The position numbers and the translations under genes were made by a program. Below, piece after piece: positions 44,571 to 55,541 of a DNA stretch of 64,000 bases. A model generated the notes under the pieces. That model was not told the origin of the DNA, made no database searches, and was given only the letters and a program-made list of their open reading frames with translations. The stretch comes from an uncultured Pseudobdellovibrionaceae bacterium (GTDB taxonomy: Bacteria; Bdellovibrionota; FAC87; UBA2466), in contig CAZBJE010000009.1 in the NCBI GenBank assembly GCA_964492125.1, forward strand, positions 2,202-66,201, in the 5' to 3' direction. Each line of letters starts with the position of its first letter. Positions within the stretch are counted from its first letter, which is position 1.

Positions 44571-45638
44571 ATGGGGGAGAGTCGGTCCGTGAATCGACTG
44601 GAAAAACTGGGCGTCCATTTCCCCTACTTCGTAGCCCCCATGGTGGGCATTAGCCATGTGGCGTTCCGGGAATTGGTGCGTTTTTACACCCCACCGTCTC
44701 TGCAACCCTTGCTGTTTACCGAAATGATCTCCAGCCGACGATTGCCCCAGGAAAATGTCGGCGAAGTCGATTCTCTACGCACAAGCCCGGGGGAGGACAA
44801 CCTCATCCCCCAGCTCCTTTGCAACGAGGAATCTTTTATTGAGCAGTCGATGCACAAGCTGCGGCGACTCTACCCATGGGGCATCGATATCAATATGGGC
44901 TGCCCCGCCACCCAGACCCTGAAACACAACTGGGGCGTGCAGCTAATGCACGATAAATCCAAGGCGGCCGATGTGGTGCGCTTTGCCAAAAAGTACACGG
45001 ATGTCCCCATCAGCGTGAAACTGCGAGCAGCCTTAGGGAACGAGTTCGACGAAGCCTATTTGCTCGAGTTCACCGAGGCCTTGGAAGACGCGGGCGCCGA
45101 TTGGCTCACCATCCATTGCCGAACCCAATCCCAGGGGCATCGCGGCTACGCCCACTGGACCGAAGTGGAAAAAGTAGCCCAAGCGCGCAAAATCCCCATT
45201 GTCGCTAATGGCGACATCCACACTTGGGAAACCGCTATTGCGGTTCGCCAAAACCACGGAGTAGACGGCGTGATGATCGCGCGCGCCGCCACCGCGCGGC
45301 CTTGGATCCTTTGGCAAATCGCTCATGGCTTGGGCTTGACGGACAAACCCGCCAACGCCACCCGAGACCTGCCGCCCCTCACACCCGAAGACGAAGCCCA
45401 GGAGTACTTTGCCTCGATCTTGCGCCTGAGTTGTCTTTTGGAAGAATTTTATGGTGACCACCCCGAAACGCTGCGCAAAATTCACCTGCACCTGACCATC
45501 AGCAGCCGCTGGCTTTTCTTCGGGCACGATTTTCTCGTGCGGGCCAAACGATCTCGCACCATGGCCGAATTGCGCGATTTCGTGAATACCTACCGCGACG
45601 GCACCACCCAAAAAATGCTCGCCTCCGCCCGCATCTAG
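44571..45638 (+). CDS. tRNA-dihydrouridine synthase
   Basis: FVAPMVGISHVAFREL, GIDINMGCP (catalytic Cys) and ISVKLR. Confidence 0.85.
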   Translation: MGESRSVNRLEKLGVHFPYFVAPMVGISHVAFRELVRFYTPPSLQPLLFTEMISSRRLPQENVGEVDSLRTSPGEDNLIPQLLCNEESFIEQSMHKLRRLYPWGIDINMGCPATQTLKHNWGVQLMHDKSKAADVVRFAKKYTDVPISVKLRAALGNEFDEAYLLEFTEALEDAGADWLTIHCRTQSQGHRGYAHWTEVEKVAQARKIPIVANGDIHTWETAIAVRQNHGVDGVMIARAATARPWILWQIAHGLGLTDKPANATRDLPPLTPEDEAQEYFASILRLSCLLEEFYGDHPETLRKIHLHLTISSRWLFFGHDFLVRAKRSRTMAELRDFVNTYRDGTTQKMLASARI

Positions 45639-45664
45639 AGATACCAGTATTGGACGGGGGAATT

Positions 45665-46297
45665 ATGAAAAGCCTGATTTTGCTCTCTCTTCTTGCGTTT
45701 CCTGCGATGGCAGACTTCTCCGATGTAGAAGTTCTTCGCTGCGGAGACCCTGGGAAATTCATTTTGCGACTTGTGCACACGGACACCGGAGATATTCTCT
45801 CGCTCGTCGAAAAACCCGGAAAGGCGGCTTCGAACGCCTATTTGCATGAAGCGAAGTGGGATTTCGTAAATCACTCGCTACACTTTCAATCGCTGATTTT
45901 TGTTTTTGACGACGCCCTCAACCCCAAGCAGCTCACCGTTAAACGCCCAGCGACTTCGCCGATCAGCGGCCAGACGGTTTCCTGCCAAGTAAAGGAAACC
46001 AAATTGTATGCCGCTCTTTTACATCTTGGGGCGCTTACGATTCCAGGTGACTTGACCGAACGGCTTTTTGCGGGGGACTACGTCACAGTACAATTCTTAG
46101 ATACCAAGCACAAATCCGGCGACTTCAATTGCAAGTACACGTTCCTAGGAGATCGTCGGCAGGATTGCCATTGGAATTCCGAAGACCGATTGGTGACGGT
46201 GCAATTCCAGGATGGCGGTAAGCCGCGCACCCACGTTTTCATGGCGGATCCACTTACGAAGACTTTGATTTCGGCCAGCGCAAAGCTCACTCAATAA
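45665..46297 (+). CDS. secreted hypothetical protein
   Basis: ATG follows GGGGGA. Signal peptide [16 protein letters not shown]. Confidence 0.5.
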   Translation: MKSLILLSLLAFPAMADFSDVEVLRCGDPGKFILRLVHTDTGDILSLVEKPGKAASNAYLHEAKWDFVNHSLHFQSLIFVFDDALNPKQLTVKRPATSPISGQTVSCQVKETKLYAALLHLGALTIPGDLTERLFAGDYVTVQFLDTKHKSGDFNCKYTFLGDRRQDCHWNSEDRLVTVQFQDGGKPRTHVFMADPLTKTLISASAKLTQ

Positions 46298-46302
46298 CCC
46301 AA

Positions 46303-46530
46303 ATGCCGCACAACCCAAAAAACCCTCTCGAAGGGATGACGCTAGAAATGATTCTCAACGAGTTGGTGGCGGCCTATGGTTGGGAAGAGCTGGGCCAGAG
46401 CATCAAAATCCGCTGCTTCACCCACGACCCCAGCATCAAATCGAGCCTTACCTTCTTGCGACGTACTCCTTGGGCACGAGCGAAGGTCGAAGAGCTGTTC
46501 CTTTACCACCGGGAAAACCCGCCGAAGTAG
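46303..46530 (+). CDS. VF530-like (DUF2132) small DNA-binding-fold protein
   Basis: [23 protein letters not shown]...IRCF...[24 protein letters not shown]. Confidence 0.6.
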   Translation: MPHNPKNPLEGMTLEMILNELVAAYGWEELGQSIKIRCFTHDPSIKSSLTFLRRTPWARAKVEELFLYHRENPPK

Positions 46531-46569
46531 ACCTGGAGTGAATTTGCCCAGACATGGAGACTCCCCTTC

Positions 46570-47088
46570 GTGAAAAAGCACGATAATCGATTGCTATACC
46601 TGCTCTCACACAGAACCGGGAAACTGCTTGGCGCAGCGTTGGTGGCCGGGATTTCGGCCCTTATCGGGTGGTGGGTACCTCGGAGTACACCACCGGTCAC
46701 CTCGCATAATGCTGGTGCTCCTGCCCTTCAAGAAGTTCTAGGCTCAAACCCCAGCGCCACACTTAGAGCCGCGCTCCGCAATCACCAAGAACTAGAGTAT
46801 GTCGAAATCCCCGGTGCTCGCGTGGTGAAACTGTTGCGGACCGATAATCATGGCTCGAGACACCAGCGATGGATTGTGAAGATTCCAAGCGGAGGCGAGA
46901 TCACGGTGGTCCACAATATCGACCTGGCGGAGGCAGTCCCGCTCTCATTGGGTGATACGGTCGACTTGGCCGGGGAGCTTGTTTACGGAGCTCGGCACCA
47001 CGATCCGATTCTCCATTGGACGCACTCCGATCCAAGGGGCAAGCGCAAAGGTGGCTTTATTGTTCACCAGGGGAAGAGATACGACTGA
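46570..47088 (+). CDS. DUF3465 family protein with N-terminal anchor
   Basis: HGSRHQRWIVKIPSGGEITVVHNIDLA...ILHWTHSDPRGKRKGGFI. Confidence 0.6.
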   Translation: MKKHDNRLLYLLSHRTGKLLGAALVAGISALIGWWVPRSTPPVTSHNAGAPALQEVLGSNPSATLRAALRNHQELEYVEIPGARVVKLLRTDNHGSRHQRWIVKIPSGGEITVVHNIDLAEAVPLSLGDTVDLAGELVYGARHHDPILHWTHSDPRGKRKGGFIVHQGKRYD

Positions 47089-47122
47089 GATGGGAAAAAC
47101 GCCCGCGTGATAAAATACGTCC

Positions 47123-47554
47123 ATGAAAAGAACTTCGGCCGCTTTGCTACTTCTGGCACTCTGGACACCTTTCACTGCGGCGGCGGAGACGGAGATTTTG
47201 GCAGTGCTCGATTCCATCGGTAAAGTCGCTCAAAAAGTACGCACGGATTCGGCAGACGAAAACCCCCTGTGGAAATGCACTCCCAAAACAAGCTTCACCT
47301 GCTCGGCCACCGGCTGCAAAAAGGGAAAGAACACCGGATGGCTCTTGCTCGATTTCAAAGCCGCGAAATACGAGCGTTGTGATTCCATCGGTTGCGAAAG
47401 TTTTCCGTTCAACTACACCCGGCTCGGCGACTACTCGACGTTCGGAAACGCTCAAGCCGCGCTTAAGCTAAAAAATGACGCGAGTTTTTATTCCGAATCC
47501 GCCAGCGACGCAGAGAAAGTGATTGTGTCATTTGGGAGCTGCGCTCCCCGCTAG
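47123..47554 (+). CDS. Cys-rich secreted hypothetical protein
   Basis: Signal peptide MKRTSAALLLLALWTPFTAAA, with 7 Cys in the mature part. Confidence 0.5.
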   Translation: MKRTSAALLLLALWTPFTAAAETEILAVLDSIGKVAQKVRTDSADENPLWKCTPKTSFTCSATGCKKGKNTGWLLLDFKAAKYERCDSIGCESFPFNYTRLGDYSTFGNAQAALKLKNDASFYSESASDAEKVIVSFGSCAPR

Positions 47555-49018
47555 CTACGGCGCGGATTCTAAAACTGCGCCAGCGCACGAATCTCCATCT
47601 AGAGAGCGATACAGATCCATGAGCTGACCTACGAGCGTTGGGTCGTCCGCCGCATAACCCAGACGCGTGGGATTGGCTTGGTAGGCACGCGCATTCCAAA
47701 TCACGTCGACCAACGACGCAAAGCCGGCAGGATCTTCTTTGGCGAGGGCCTTAGTGGTAACGGCATCGGCTCGAAACTCATAAGCCAAGACCAGAGGCTC
47801 GGCTCCCGAACCTTGCCCTATTTCGGCACTCGAAAGAGTCCCCGACAGCACCGTGAACACAGGCTCCAAACGCTTTTCCACTCCATCGACTCGGATCGTC
47901 TGGCGCACGATGGAGTTTGGAATGCGGAAGGTCATCAAGTTGTTGGGGGTTAAGCCTCCCTCTCTCGGTGGCAACCGCCCTTCCGAAAAAACAATCACAT
48001 CGGTGTAACCTGCCTCCAACGCCAGGCGAATTTGCGTGTCAAACGACTCGGACTTGCCCCGTCCGGCAAAGGGAGAGGAGTCTGCCAGCACAACAATCCA
48101 ACCCGCGTGGTCGCTGAGGCTATTGGCCAACGCAAATCCGGCCTCGTCTTGCGGTACAAAATGGTAGGCCGCTAGCAAAACTGCTGCCTTTCGCCCCTTG
48201 GGCAAAGCATTCGCTATGCGCGCAGCCGTGAGCGCCACTTCTTCACGCCCACCGTGCGGCGCAACGATGAAATTCACTTGGTGCTTTTCCAACGGCGCGC
48301 TCAACCCCGCGGTAAGCCCTTCGTCGACAAACGAATAGCCGCGCAAAAAGAATTTAAGCTTCATCAATAAACGCAGCATCCAGAGCACATCGCGTTTGGC
48401 TCGCAATTGATAAAGCCCCAAACGCAAAAGCGCATTGTCCACGTGCCGACTAACGAAAGAACGCAGCAAAACGAAGGGGTGCGCGAGCCAGGGCAATATC
48501 CCCTGCGGCGCCCCGCGCAGTTCATCGCGCAAGGTATGCGCGAGATCGATAATTTTGCGGTGACTCGGATTGATGGAATCAAAATGGGCAGCGGCCCCCG
48601 CCCGGGCTTTTTTGTACGCTTCGCCGCTAGAACCCTGCAAAACTTCGATCTGGCTTAAATTCTCAGCAAAGACAGCATATTCGTTAGCGAGCAAGTCCAA
48701 GGTGGGCGACCGGTATTCCCTACGGGCTGCTGCTTCGCAGGCCAGGCGGTAGACCAGCTCCGTAAAAAGCTTGAGTCGGGCAACTTTGTAATTGAAATAA
48801 TCGTTGGAAAACTCCACCACCGGCTCGCGGTGGTTCTGCAAGAACTCAACCGGGTCTGCGCCCACGGACCAAAGCGGCGAAAGCTGCGCCATGTCGCCGG
48901 CAAGCTGCGCGCGTTGCAACTCCAACAAACCCAAACGGGTAGACTCGTCGGCGGTTAACTCAGGGAACTTGCCCCAAACAACCCCGGGCACAAAAAGCAG
49001 AACCAGCAATAGGCGCAT
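47555..49018 (-). CDS. secreted/anchored hypothetical protein with divergent PlsC/LPLAT-like C-terminal half
   Basis: ATG 49018 gives MRLLLVLLFVPGVVWG. NFIVAPHGGREEV (HX4E in place of HX4D) and VIVFSEGRL (compare FPEGTR) sit in acyltransferase-like order. Confidence 0.3.
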   Translation of the reverse strand: MRLLLVLLFVPGVVWGKFPELTADESTRLGLLELQRAQLAGDMAQLSPLWSVGADPVEFLQNHREPVVEFSNDYFNYKVARLKLFTELVYRLACEAAARREYRSPTLDLLANEYAVFAENLSQIEVLQGSSGEAYKKARAGAAAHFDSINPSHRKIIDLAHTLRDELRGAPQGILPWLAHPFVLLRSFVSRHVDNALLRLGLYQLRAKRDVLWMLRLLMKLKFFLRGYSFVDEGLTAGLSAPLEKHQVNFIVAPHGGREEVALTAARIANALPKGRKAAVLLAAYHFVPQDEAGFALANSLSDHAGWIVVLADSSPFAGRGKSESFDTQIRLALEAGYTDVIVFSEGRLPPREGGLTPNNLMTFRIPNSIVRQTIRVDGVEKRLEPVFTVLSGTLSSAEIGQGSGAEPLVLAYEFRADAVTTKALAKEDPAGFASLVDVIWNARAYQANPTRLGYAADDPTLVGQLMDLYRSLDGDSCAGAVLESAP

Positions 49019-49205
49019 GCGAACCCCGCAAAGCCGCCATGTGTACCCGAACTCGGCCAAACAGCATACCCAAATCAGAGCTCTCTGCGGACTGCAGTTT
49101 AGTCTTAACATTTAGTTAATTAAAGGAGGCTCCCCCGGTTGTCATTTCCGCTTCTACCGTCCTAACTGAAGCGTAATGGGCAAACTATTTATGGGGGTTA
49201 TCAAG

Positions 49206-49733
49206 ATGAAATTTGTAAATGGGTTAGTAGTTGCTTCCTTTCTTATGCTTCCGGGGCTGGCTTTTTCCAAGGTGGGTGCCGGCGGCGCAACCGTCACCGA
49301 ATACGCACGTATCGACTGGAAAAGCGTAAACTGCTCCGTTTCCGCAACTTCCGCATCTGGGACAACCGGAAACGTCGCCTCTCTCACGGTTACCGGCTCG
49401 AGTGAGCGTCCGAAGATTTGGGATAAAGCCACGGATTTCTGGATGGACATTTCAAACGAGCCTCTCTTCATCTTTACGCCCGGAAGTGGCGGCAACGTAT
49501 CGGGGGATGTGAATGTGTTGGTTACCCACGCCCAATACAACGAACCATCGATTACCGAAGTCATGTCGGCGGCTGCTTCAATCGGCAGCTCGCCGGACGT
49601 GCCGTTCGAATTCAAGTACCGGTTGACGAATTACGACGGAAAGAGCGCGGTTAAGCGGGACATCAAAATCAACGGGCTGAAGATCTGCTCTGTTCGTTTT
49701 GATCCTCGCGGACGCAGCTGGTCAGTGAAGTAG
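49206..49733 (+). CDS. secreted hypothetical protein (beta-rich composition)
   Basis: ATG 49206. Signal peptide MKFVNGLVVASFLMLPGLAFS. Confidence 0.5.
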   Translation: MKFVNGLVVASFLMLPGLAFSKVGAGGATVTEYARIDWKSVNCSVSATSASGTTGNVASLTVTGSSERPKIWDKATDFWMDISNEPLFIFTPGSGGNVSGDVNVLVTHAQYNEPSITEVMSAAASIGSSPDVPFEFKYRLTNYDGKSAVKRDIKINGLKICSVRFDPRGRSWSVK

Positions 49734-49770
49734 TGCTCTAGGAAAATCCCCACCCTACCCAAACAGATTC

Positions 49771-50694
49771 CTATTCCATCAAAGTGGTCGCGGCGATCGC
49801 GCCGGAACAGGAACGATCCGCTTTCTTCAAAAGGCCAATCAGGCCTTCTTCACTCACCACGGTTCTACCCCCGCTATTTGCACGCCGCCAATCACTGCTC
49901 CTTGGCGCGAGTAAGTAACTCCCGTCGCCTCGCTTCATAAACAGAGTAACGGACCAAAGCTTAGAGCCGTGATCGTAGATCGAGTAGCTCCCAGAATCGG
50001 GAGGGAAATTGCTCGATGGCGGATAAGACCGAAAGTCGGTACCAAAGTGAGGATACGCTAGCTCAAATTTTCGTCCCTGCTCCACGCTAGGGTTACCCAC
50101 TCGCATCCCGTCTTGCGTTCGCCAGGAAGCCACCAAACCTTGGTCTGTGTAGACGTAGAAGTAGGCCTGCCCCTTGTCACTGTAATGACCAGACACGGGG
50201 ATCCGAAGCCCTATGAGGTTCGTTGCGGCGATAGGCTCCAGTTCACCACATTCGACCAACCGCAAATAGAGATCTTCGGATGAAACCGCGTTGCAGGAAG
50301 AACTTCTGCCTTTGCAAACTCTGAAATACCCCTCGCCAAGATTTTGGTACTGGTAAGTTACGCCGTGCTCTTGAAACACACCCGAACCCGGTATTCCGCG
50401 GTCGGAACTGTCCACCCCTTCCCAACTGAGCTGACCGTTCTGCACCAATAAATCCAAGAGCTCCGATTCCAGCAGATTGGATTCAACCGGCACCGCCCTG
50501 CCCTCAAGCTTTTGAGTCGTCGTGAAAACCGTATTGTTAGCCCGCTTGTACTCTACCGACTCCCCGGCACTGTTGGTCAACGTCCCGCTGGATGGAAGGT
50601 AGCTGATTTTCGCCCAACCAAAACGGGGAAAGCACAGCCCTGCGAAAATGCCGCAAGCAACCGCCGCCGACCGAAACCGATACTTTTCTGACAT
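49771..50694 (-). CDS. secreted hypothetical protein with about 4 internal repeats
   Basis: ATG 50694 lies 9 nt after GAGGAG. The recurring pattern SG.....G..Y.Y ... L..LL occurs four times. Confidence 0.5.
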   Translation of the reverse strand: MSEKYRFRSAAVACGIFAGLCFPRFGWAKISYLPSSGTLTNSAGESVEYKRANNTVFTTTQKLEGRAVPVESNLLESELLDLLVQNGQLSWEGVDSSDRGIPGSGVFQEHGVTYQYQNLGEGYFRVCKGRSSSCNAVSSEDLYLRLVECGELEPIAATNLIGLRIPVSGHYSDKGQAYFYVYTDQGLVASWRTQDGMRVGNPSVEQGRKFELAYPHFGTDFRSYPPSSNFPPDSGSYSIYDHGSKLWSVTLFMKRGDGSYLLAPRSSDWRRANSGGRTVVSEEGLIGLLKKADRSCSGAIAATTLME

Positions 50695-50902
50695 ACTTGC
50701 CAACTCCTCTTTCTAGGAAACCTAGCGGAATGCAAATGCCGGGGCTAGCTAAAAGTTGCCGCTGAGCGTTACCAATTAAATGGCTGCAATTACGAAGTCT
50801 TAGGCCTTCTGGCCGCCCAACTCTTGCACATCAACCCGGCTGGTTTGATTTCTTGTCGCCGATCGGCTATAGGTTCCCGCCTCCCGGAGGTCTATTCTTT
50901 TC

Positions 50903-51961
50903 ATGTGTTTGGCAAGATTCATTCTATGCTTGGTATTTTTGGCGGCCCCGACTCTATCGCGTGCGCACGATGAGTGCCCAAACCGGGTACGCGACTATTT
51001 CGCGTTTCCTGCACAGTTCTCGGCAGCCAAAGCATCTTTAACAAAAGCCCAATCTGAATTCGAACGCGCAGAAGCGCACTTTCAGATCGCGGCGGCCGCG
51101 TGGTCGGCCGGCCCGCTCATTCACTACGACTCGATCTATCTGCACTTGGATCAAGCATTAAGCGCGAACCCCCTGCACGCCAAAGCCAAAGAATTGGCCT
51201 TGCTGCTCGCTATCCGGGGAGTCGAGCGAGGCGATGCCTATGCATTGGACGAGGCTGAAATGCACGTCCAGGAATTAATAAGATACCCTGAAGTGGTGCG
51301 AGACTCCGCGAAACTCGCGCGTGTCGAGGAATTCCACCGCTGGATTGAATCAAAACGAAATGGCCGCAACGCTCTAGAAGAGATTGTGCACTTGTCCCAT
51401 TCTACGGAGAAAAACCCCCGGCGTTTTTTGGAGATTTCGCAACAACTCGGCACCCAATTCCAGCAAGCGATTTGGGAAGTCGGCGATTCCCAGCCCACTG
51501 TTTTAGAAGAGTTGCTTGAGCAACCAGTGCAGGAAGTCTTGCAATCGGGAGTTGAAGTCCTAGGACGACGCCTGAATGCGTTGCTGACCTTGCAGCGAGT
51601 CGATGAAGCGGTTCGTGAGTACCGCGAAATGACGAAACTGCTTTCGGCCGAGTATAGAGTGGATCAAGACAGTACTTTTTTAGTGAGACCGATCTTAAAA
51701 ATGGCGAGCTGGTTTGGGCATTTTCGAAGAGATCCCGCGCTACAAGAATGGGCCGCGGGAAAAAAGAGAACCAGAGACGAGGGATCGGGCTCTGTCGACT
51801 GGATCGACTACCTTATCCTGGGGCATCTAGAGTATGAGCGAGAAGATGCCGAAGCCTACTGGCGAACGGCGCAACTCCATCTGGGAACCTTTCCGGGGCT
51901 GCCCATTTCAGAGCCCGTGCATGTCTATATTCTCAAGCAGTTCGCGGATCTGTTCAATTAG
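50903..51961 (+). CDS. secreted helical hypothetical protein
   Basis: Signal peptide MCLARFILCLVFLAAPTLSRA, with helical-repeat-like composition. Confidence 0.5.
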   Translation: MCLARFILCLVFLAAPTLSRAHDECPNRVRDYFAFPAQFSAAKASLTKAQSEFERAEAHFQIAAAAWSAGPLIHYDSIYLHLDQALSANPLHAKAKELALLLAIRGVERGDAYALDEAEMHVQELIRYPEVVRDSAKLARVEEFHRWIESKRNGRNALEEIVHLSHSTEKNPRRFLEISQQLGTQFQQAIWEVGDSQPTVLEELLEQPVQEVLQSGVEVLGRRLNALLTLQRVDEAVREYREMTKLLSAEYRVDQDSTFLVRPILKMASWFGHFRRDPALQEWAAGKKRTRDEGSGSVDWIDYLILGHLEYEREDAEAYWRTAQLHLGTFPGLPISEPVHVYILKQFADLFN

Positions 51962-54900
51962 GCCCCACGCAATTGCAGCGGGATCTTGTCCCAAAGCGCC
52001 GGTGCGACACTGCGCAGTATCCGCCCAATACCCCGCGCATCCTCAGTATCGCGCAGGCCGGTGGCCAATGCCCGCAGAAGCGCCTCTTTTGCAGCATCGT
52101 TTAGTGACAGAAACGGAGAATCGGTCGGAACTTCGATCCGAGCCTGGTCGGAAAACCTTTGGCCGTGGCCATCACTGAAGTGGCGCCCATCGGTTCCGAA
52201 GAGCATTTTGAGAAGGGGAGACATTAACGAACGCGATTGCGGTGAATTGTTTTCGTTTCGGCGATAGGCCCGGGCGAACTCGATGGCCGCCGAAGGATAC
52301 CGGCGAATAAACTCCTTCATCAACCGCTCCTGGTCCGCCCAACTCCGATCACCATCACCTGGCTCGAAGGATGGAAAGAGCCCGGCGACAAACGCCGCCT
52401 TGTCCGCAAGCTCCTTAGGATCCAGCTCGAAAAGAGCCAGAGCGGCGTAGAACTGCACGTTCGCATCCGAATCCTGCAACAACGCATGGATCTTGGGGAG
52501 GTGGGACCGCTCCCCTAGCTCGCTCAATATACCCAATGCGATGAGTTTTTTGGCGGATTGGAGATGACGAAAACGGGCCGAATCTTTCTCCGCCGCTGGA
52601 GGGGTGAACCACTTCTCTAGTTCTTCCGGGTGTTCTTCATACCCACGAAACAGGCAATTCCCAACGAGGTAGAAGCCAGCGGCCCCCATAGGGGGTAGAC
52701 CAGGCAGGGTCCCATCCCCGTTAAATTCGTCCCAAGCCATCTTTTCCAGCTCGTCGCGGATGGGTTGATGAAACTCTGCCTTTTTCGAGAGGATCGAAAG
52801 TAGCTGCTCTGAATCTCCGTAGACTCCTCTGGCGTTTCTAAATGCGGGCATTACATAGGCGTCGATTTCGGCATTTCCCAATGCAAGCGGGGCCCGTGCG
52901 ATGGCATGAATCACAGCGTTGTATTGACTCGTTTCTTTCGATTGGATTTCCCCTAGCCCATGGCGAGGGCGGTGGCTGAGCAGCTCGGCTAAATGGCCCG
53001 CCAATTGAGTTGCCTGAATCGGGTGCTTCAGAGCTAGCGACCGAATACTGCTGCCAACGAGGAATTCAGAACTCTTCGCGCATGCTTTTACCAGCTCGGC
53101 GACTTGTTTAAAGGACTCGGGGTTCCCCGCCATGTAGGGACCCAACTCCGGTAAATGAGAAATAAATCCACTTACCAACGTGAAGGGAAAGCTCCGCTTC
53201 CTGAGGGCCGCTTCGAAGGTTTTGAGAATTTCGGGGATTGGCTCGTTCGACTTCCAAATCCCGTGTCCAGCAATGTAGGCAGGCCGCGAACCAGCCGTCA
53301 TCAACCACTTCTTCATCAGCGCAATCAGATCAGGATTATTTGGGTCCCCTTCAATCCAGGCCTGGACGAATTGCAATAGGTACTCGTCGTCGAGCCCTTC
53401 CACGATCGGAGAGAACTCTTTTCGGTAGCCTTGCAGTGCATCGCCCATTCCCCCGAGTGCAGCGACGGCAAGAACGGTATCTTCCGAGAATGTTGGGGAA
53501 GTTAACTCCACGCTTATAGGCCCCTCAAGAGAAGGGAATCTCAATCGGCGCGGATTTTTTAGCGTTCCTAAAGTACGGAGCACCAACGTTCTGAGACCGG
53601 GGGTTCCATTGATCAAAATCGATTCAAAGAAATCGCTGCCTTCTCGGTTTAGCGGACGATTGCTGTAGGCTTGGATGACCGCAACCTTTTCACTCTCACT
53701 GCCGCTTAGATAAGTTTCCAAGAGAACTGCGCGCGCAAGGCCTGCGTGCTTACTATCTAACAAGCAGCTCAGGGCGTCCAAAGCGGCGCGAAGCACTTCC
53801 GGCGCAGCAGTGCCTAGAAAAGCGAAAGGAAAACGCGGATTGGAAAAACCGTACCCCTGGCGACAGAGCCGCTCAAAGTGATTGAGTGCCAAAACCTGAA
53901 AGGAAACACCGTCGGAAGGATCCTTCACTTCGCCAAGCAAAGTCAGTAACGCTTCTGCTTTCGGGCCTTTAACCAAATTTCGAGTGAGCGCTCCTGCTAC
54001 TAGATATCGTTCATACGATGCAGGCTGGCGCTTAAAAATCTGTTCCATTTCATCCACGGAAGTCGCGGGGATCCAATTTACTTTAGCCATTAGCTCCGCG
54101 GCATGAGTTTTCGATACCTCATCCCCAGAGTGGAGAGCTTGATTGAGGGACGGCCCAAGTTCTGGGGCGATCAAAAAGAGTTCTGAGAGAATATCCGACA
54201 GATTTTGCCCGATCGTTTCGGCTGGAATATCCCCAGCAGCCAGATACTCCGCCACCAACTCCGCCACCATTTTTTTTCTCGAATCGAGTGGTAATTTTTC
54301 AATCTTAGAAAGCAGGTGGCCTCGAAAGGCGCCAGACTCTCTGCGTTTCAGTCGATTGAGAAGCGAATCATTCAAAACACTCTCGTAAACAGGGCGATCC
54401 TCAAGCCATTGGATAAGGCGGAAGGCCGCTACTTGGGATCCTTCCTCAAGAATGGATTTGAGTCGATCACGGGCCAAGGGAGCGGGTAAGTTTGCAATGG
54501 TGAAGTCTAATATTTCAAAATTGGAATCCGAAGCCTCTAACGTCGCTAGCGGGTCGATACTACTGCAACCCGAGCTGAATACTTCGCGCACAAAAGGAAC
54601 GGGATGGAGCTTCATGAGTCTACGGTAGGCACTTCGATCCTCGGCCTCTGCGCTCAGGCCCATGGAGACGAAATCGACCTGTTTGGGTGTCAACTTCACC
54701 GGCCCACCAGTTAATGTTTTTGAATCGGGATCTTCTGCTTTTGGTTCAGGATTGGGCGGCACAATCGAATCTTGGATTTGCTGGCCAAGCTTTTTCAACG
54801 TTTCTTCGTCCTGCCACGCCACAAGCTCGGCACGACGAACCACTAGGACGCTCTGAACTTTCTCCAGCTGCCAGTCTTTTACGGAGCCATCAGTTAGGCC

Positions 54901-55488
54901 CTTAAGCAGACTAGAAAACCGAAAGAGAGTGGGAATCGGCAATTTTTCGAACGGGTAGAAATCGATAAAGTGTCGGATATAAAGACTAGATTCAAAAAGC
55001 TCGTTTCGATCCCAGCGGATCCTAATCAGCGATCGCAACGCCTGCCCGGCTTCTACTGTTAGCGGAAAACGAAAGACTACCTCTTCAAGCAGGCGAGGAT
55101 CAGCCGATTTCAACGCGTGAGCAAAGACCTTTTCAGCCCCAGAGTCAGCAACAGCCTCGAGATAGCTATTCAAACGTGCCGGATCTTTTTTCAGCCGTTT
55201 CAAGGTATCCAGATAGAGGTTGCTGAGCCTCTCGTCGGGTCCAGCTTTGGCGGTTTGGCGGACGAGCTGGCAAGTCCAGGTCGCGCCTTTCTGAAACTGT
55301 TCGAGTAACCCCACTCCGGCAGCCGATGGCCTCGTTTGAAAGAGGGCCTCTGCGTTTTTCAAGACCGACCTACTGGCGCTTGAATCCAAGAGCTGCGGCT
55401 CATACGGGGAAGATTCCTCATCTGCCCAAGCCGAGCAAACAGCGAAAACCAAAGCCAAAACGAACCTTTTTCCCAACTCTCTTAGCAT
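51958..55488 (-). CDS. 1176-aa secreted alpha-solenoid (HEAT/ARM-like) protein
   Basis: Signal peptide MLRELGKRFVLALVFAVCSAWA. Uninterrupted 3.5-kb ORF. One clear HEAT-type unit: LPKIHALLQDSDANVQFYAALALFEL. Confidence 0.55.
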   Translation of the reverse strand: MLRELGKRFVLALVFAVCSAWADEESSPYEPQLLDSSASRSVLKNAEALFQTRPSAAGVGLLEQFQKGATWTCQLVRQTAKAGPDERLSNLYLDTLKRLKKDPARLNSYLEAVADSGAEKVFAHALKSADPRLLEEVVFRFPLTVEAGQALRSLIRIRWDRNELFESSLYIRHFIDFYPFEKLPIPTLFRFSSLLKGLTDGSVKDWQLEKVQSVLVVRRAELVAWQDEETLKKLGQQIQDSIVPPNPEPKAEDPDSKTLTGGPVKLTPKQVDFVSMGLSAEAEDRSAYRRLMKLHPVPFVREVFSSGCSSIDPLATLEASDSNFEILDFTIANLPAPLARDRLKSILEEGSQVAAFRLIQWLEDRPVYESVLNDSLLNRLKRRESGAFRGHLLSKIEKLPLDSRKKMVAELVAEYLAAGDIPAETIGQNLSDILSELFLIAPELGPSLNQALHSGDEVSKTHAAELMAKVNWIPATSVDEMEQIFKRQPASYERYLVAGALTRNLVKGPKAEALLTLLGEVKDPSDGVSFQVLALNHFERLCRQGYGFSNPRFPFAFLGTAAPEVLRAALDALSCLLDSKHAGLARAVLLETYLSGSESEKVAVIQAYSNRPLNREGSDFFESILINGTPGLRTLVLRTLGTLKNPRRLRFPSLEGPISVELTSPTFSEDTVLAVAALGGMGDALQGYRKEFSPIVEGLDDEYLLQFVQAWIEGDPNNPDLIALMKKWLMTAGSRPAYIAGHGIWKSNEPIPEILKTFEAALRKRSFPFTLVSGFISHLPELGPYMAGNPESFKQVAELVKACAKSSEFLVGSSIRSLALKHPIQATQLAGHLAELLSHRPRHGLGEIQSKETSQYNAVIHAIARAPLALGNAEIDAYVMPAFRNARGVYGDSEQLLSILSKKAEFHQPIRDELEKMAWDEFNGDGTLPGLPPMGAAGFYLVGNCLFRGYEEHPEELEKWFTPPAAEKDSARFRHLQSAKKLIALGILSELGERSHLPKIHALLQDSDANVQFYAALALFELDPKELADKAAFVAGLFPSFEPGDGDRSWADQERLMKEFIRRYPSAAIEFARAYRRNENNSPQSRSLMSPLLKMLFGTDGRHFSDGHGQRFSDQARIEVPTDSPFLSLNDAAKEALLRALATGLRDTEDARGIGRILRSVAPALWDKIPLQLRGA

Positions 55489-55541
55489 TTGCCTATCTCT
55501 CGTTGCCTATTCCCGGCTCAACTGTGCTATGCGATTCGCCT

